Source: Catajapyx aquilonaris | Lineage: Eukaryota | Length of the DNA stretch: 34,880 nt | Direction: 5' to 3' | Assembly (NCBI GenBank): GCA_000934665.2 | Contig: KZ539054.1 | Location: 1-34,880 of the forward strand | In this document: one piece after another, positions 33,736 through 34,880 of the stretch | Numbering within the stretch: the first letter of the stretch is position 1 | Layout of the letters: the number at the start of each line of letters is the position of its first letter | Notes under the pieces: generated by a model | What the model was told of the DNA's origin: nothing | Databases searched by the model: none | The model's input: only the letters and a program-made list of their open reading frames with translations | Translations under genes and position numbers: made by a program

Positions 33736-33891
33736 ACATTCTGCGCTATCAGAAGAAATGCCGCGGACGCCCAGATCCGTACGAGGTCTATTTCTAGTGT
33801 TGGCAAACCTCGGAACTCCAATGGTTCCACACAAAGATATAAACTTTATTTTAAAAATATTAAAATTTAAATCATCATCATATCATAATTG

Positions 33892-34145
33892 AGGATGCGG
33901 CCGCCAAAGGAGGCTATCTTCGCCGAACCCTATTCCGAGAAAATGCTAATTTTGTAGATTCGATTTATATAGATGTAAATGGGATTTCCAGATTTCATTC
34001 TTGTTATGCTCCAAAAAAAAAATCATGTCGATCTGGTTCTTTGGCTGATTGGCTCATTAGGTCAGCCTTTACATGAAGATTTTATGGTGGTGTTAACTCA
34101 AAAACGACAAAAATCGAAGATAGCCGCATTTGGCGGCCGCCTCCT
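33892..34145. mobile_element. MITE with ~31-bp TIRs
   Basis: AGGATGCGGCCGCCAAAGGAGGCTATCTTCG (33892-33922) versus CGAAGATAGCCGCATTTGGCGGCCGCCTCCT (34115-34145), 28 of 31 match; superfamily not assigned. Confidence 0.75.
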
Positions 34146-34169
34146 ATATAATTATACAGCACTAGGCCA

Positions 34170-34298
34170 CTATAGATCGGTCGCTATACGAACGCAACCG
34201 AGTGACAAATTTTATTTCATGAAGGAATACAGTTTGTAATAAAATTCCTGTAATAAAATTGGCCCCTCGGTTGCGTTCGTATAGCGACCGATCTATAG
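34170..34298. mobile_element. 129-bp MITE with perfect 33-bp TIRs
   Basis: CTATAGATCGGTCGCTATACGAACGCAACCGAG / CTCGGTTGCGTTCGTATAGCGACCGATCTATAG, extending imperfectly through AATTTTATT / AATAAAATT. Confidence 0.85.
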
Positions 34299-34394
34299 CA
34301 GCGGAGCCCGTTCTTCGCAATGATAATCACCAACAAAAACCCGTTTCCATCCGGACAAACAAACAAAAAACAAACTTTGCCTTATATACGTAGA
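34295..34394 (-). mobile_element. Possible mini-Helitron-like fragment
   Basis: Minus strand begins A|TCTACGTATATAAGGCAAAGTTTG followed by (TTTG)n, and ends in a decayed hairpin (GCCCGTTCTTCGCAATG on +) next to TAG; pattern-level match only. Confidence 0.4.
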
Positions 34395-34437
34395 TTTCAG
34401 AAAACTGTTATTTATTCATTTATAGCAGCAAACTCAT

Positions 34438-34683
34438 GGGAGGCGAAGTGGCGCTGCTGTAACGGATGCCCACGGATGTTAAGGTCCCGGGTTCGATCCC
34501 GGCCCTGGGGCCGGGGACACCCCCTTCATCTCGTGCAGAGTTGGGTCGTCTCTGGCTTCGTCTCGGGTGGAATTTCCTTAGACGAATCCACCCGGGGGAG
34601 TTCACAAAATGACCAAGCTACGACATTGCACTAACTTGCACTTTGCACATCCCATCCTGTCATCCTGCCCGTGGGCCCGGGCG
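34438..34683 (+). mobile_element. tRNA-derived SINE (copy E, same family as D, 3'-truncated or interrupted)
   Basis: Starts GGGAGGCGAAGT like copy D; B box GGTTCGATCCC; shares CCCCTTCATCTCGTGCAGAGTT, CTCTGGCTTCGTCTCGGGTGG and TCCTGTCATCCTGCCCGTGGGCCCGGGCG with 31776-32013; similarity stops at 34683. Confidence 0.85.
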
Positions 34684-34880
34684 ATACGTATAAAGGTTCC
34701 AATATATATACAGGGTGATCAAACTTTTTTGTCGTTTTAGTTATTGACAGATTCAGCCTAAGCTGCTTATATTGTAGCCCGTTACCTGGCAACCCCGTCC
34801 GGTGGGCCAATTCAAACATCGGCCCATGGAGAGCGCTTCCATTGTTGCCACTGTTTACAAATCGAGTGAGTGACACGGAC

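Noticed and set aside
1..34880. CRISPR array, retron, operon or other prokaryote-type system
   Set aside because: No regularly spaced direct repeats and no dense ORFs; a spliced gene, Pol III elements and SINEs show this is animal nuclear DNA.

Overview
Eukaryotic (invertebrate animal, draft-assembly) genomic window, mostly non-coding and dense in repeats. One clear protein-coding gene: a 5-exon group-E Sox transcription factor (SoxE, Sox8/9/10/Sox100B-like) on the + strand, CDS join(16673..16797,18395..18541,22081..22266,24622..24803,25063..25469), 348 aa, with dimerization domain, HMG box, a [10 protein letters not shown] degron-like motif and an E-x-E/D-QYL transactivation motif. One canonical tRNA-Trp(CCA) gene at 5606-5677. 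The rest is transposon material: five tRNA-headed SINE copies (four with clear target-site duplications), two stand-alone tRNA-like cloverleafs, several MITE-type elements with Tc1/mariner-, hAT- and PIF/Harbinger-like ends, foldback palindromes, Helitron-like fragments and a decayed Harbinger transposase pseudogene (~29150-29900, minus strand). Almost all ORFs in the supplied track are spurious. I see no CRISPR, operon or other prokaryote-type system and no convincing wholly novel system. The most interesting leads are modular SINEs sharing structure-conserved domains, a tRNA-like Pol III unit just upstream of the SoxE HMG exon, an in-frame uORF, and miR-124/Nanos-Pumilio-type sites in the putative SoxE 3' UTR. 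All calls were made by eye; no database searches were run.
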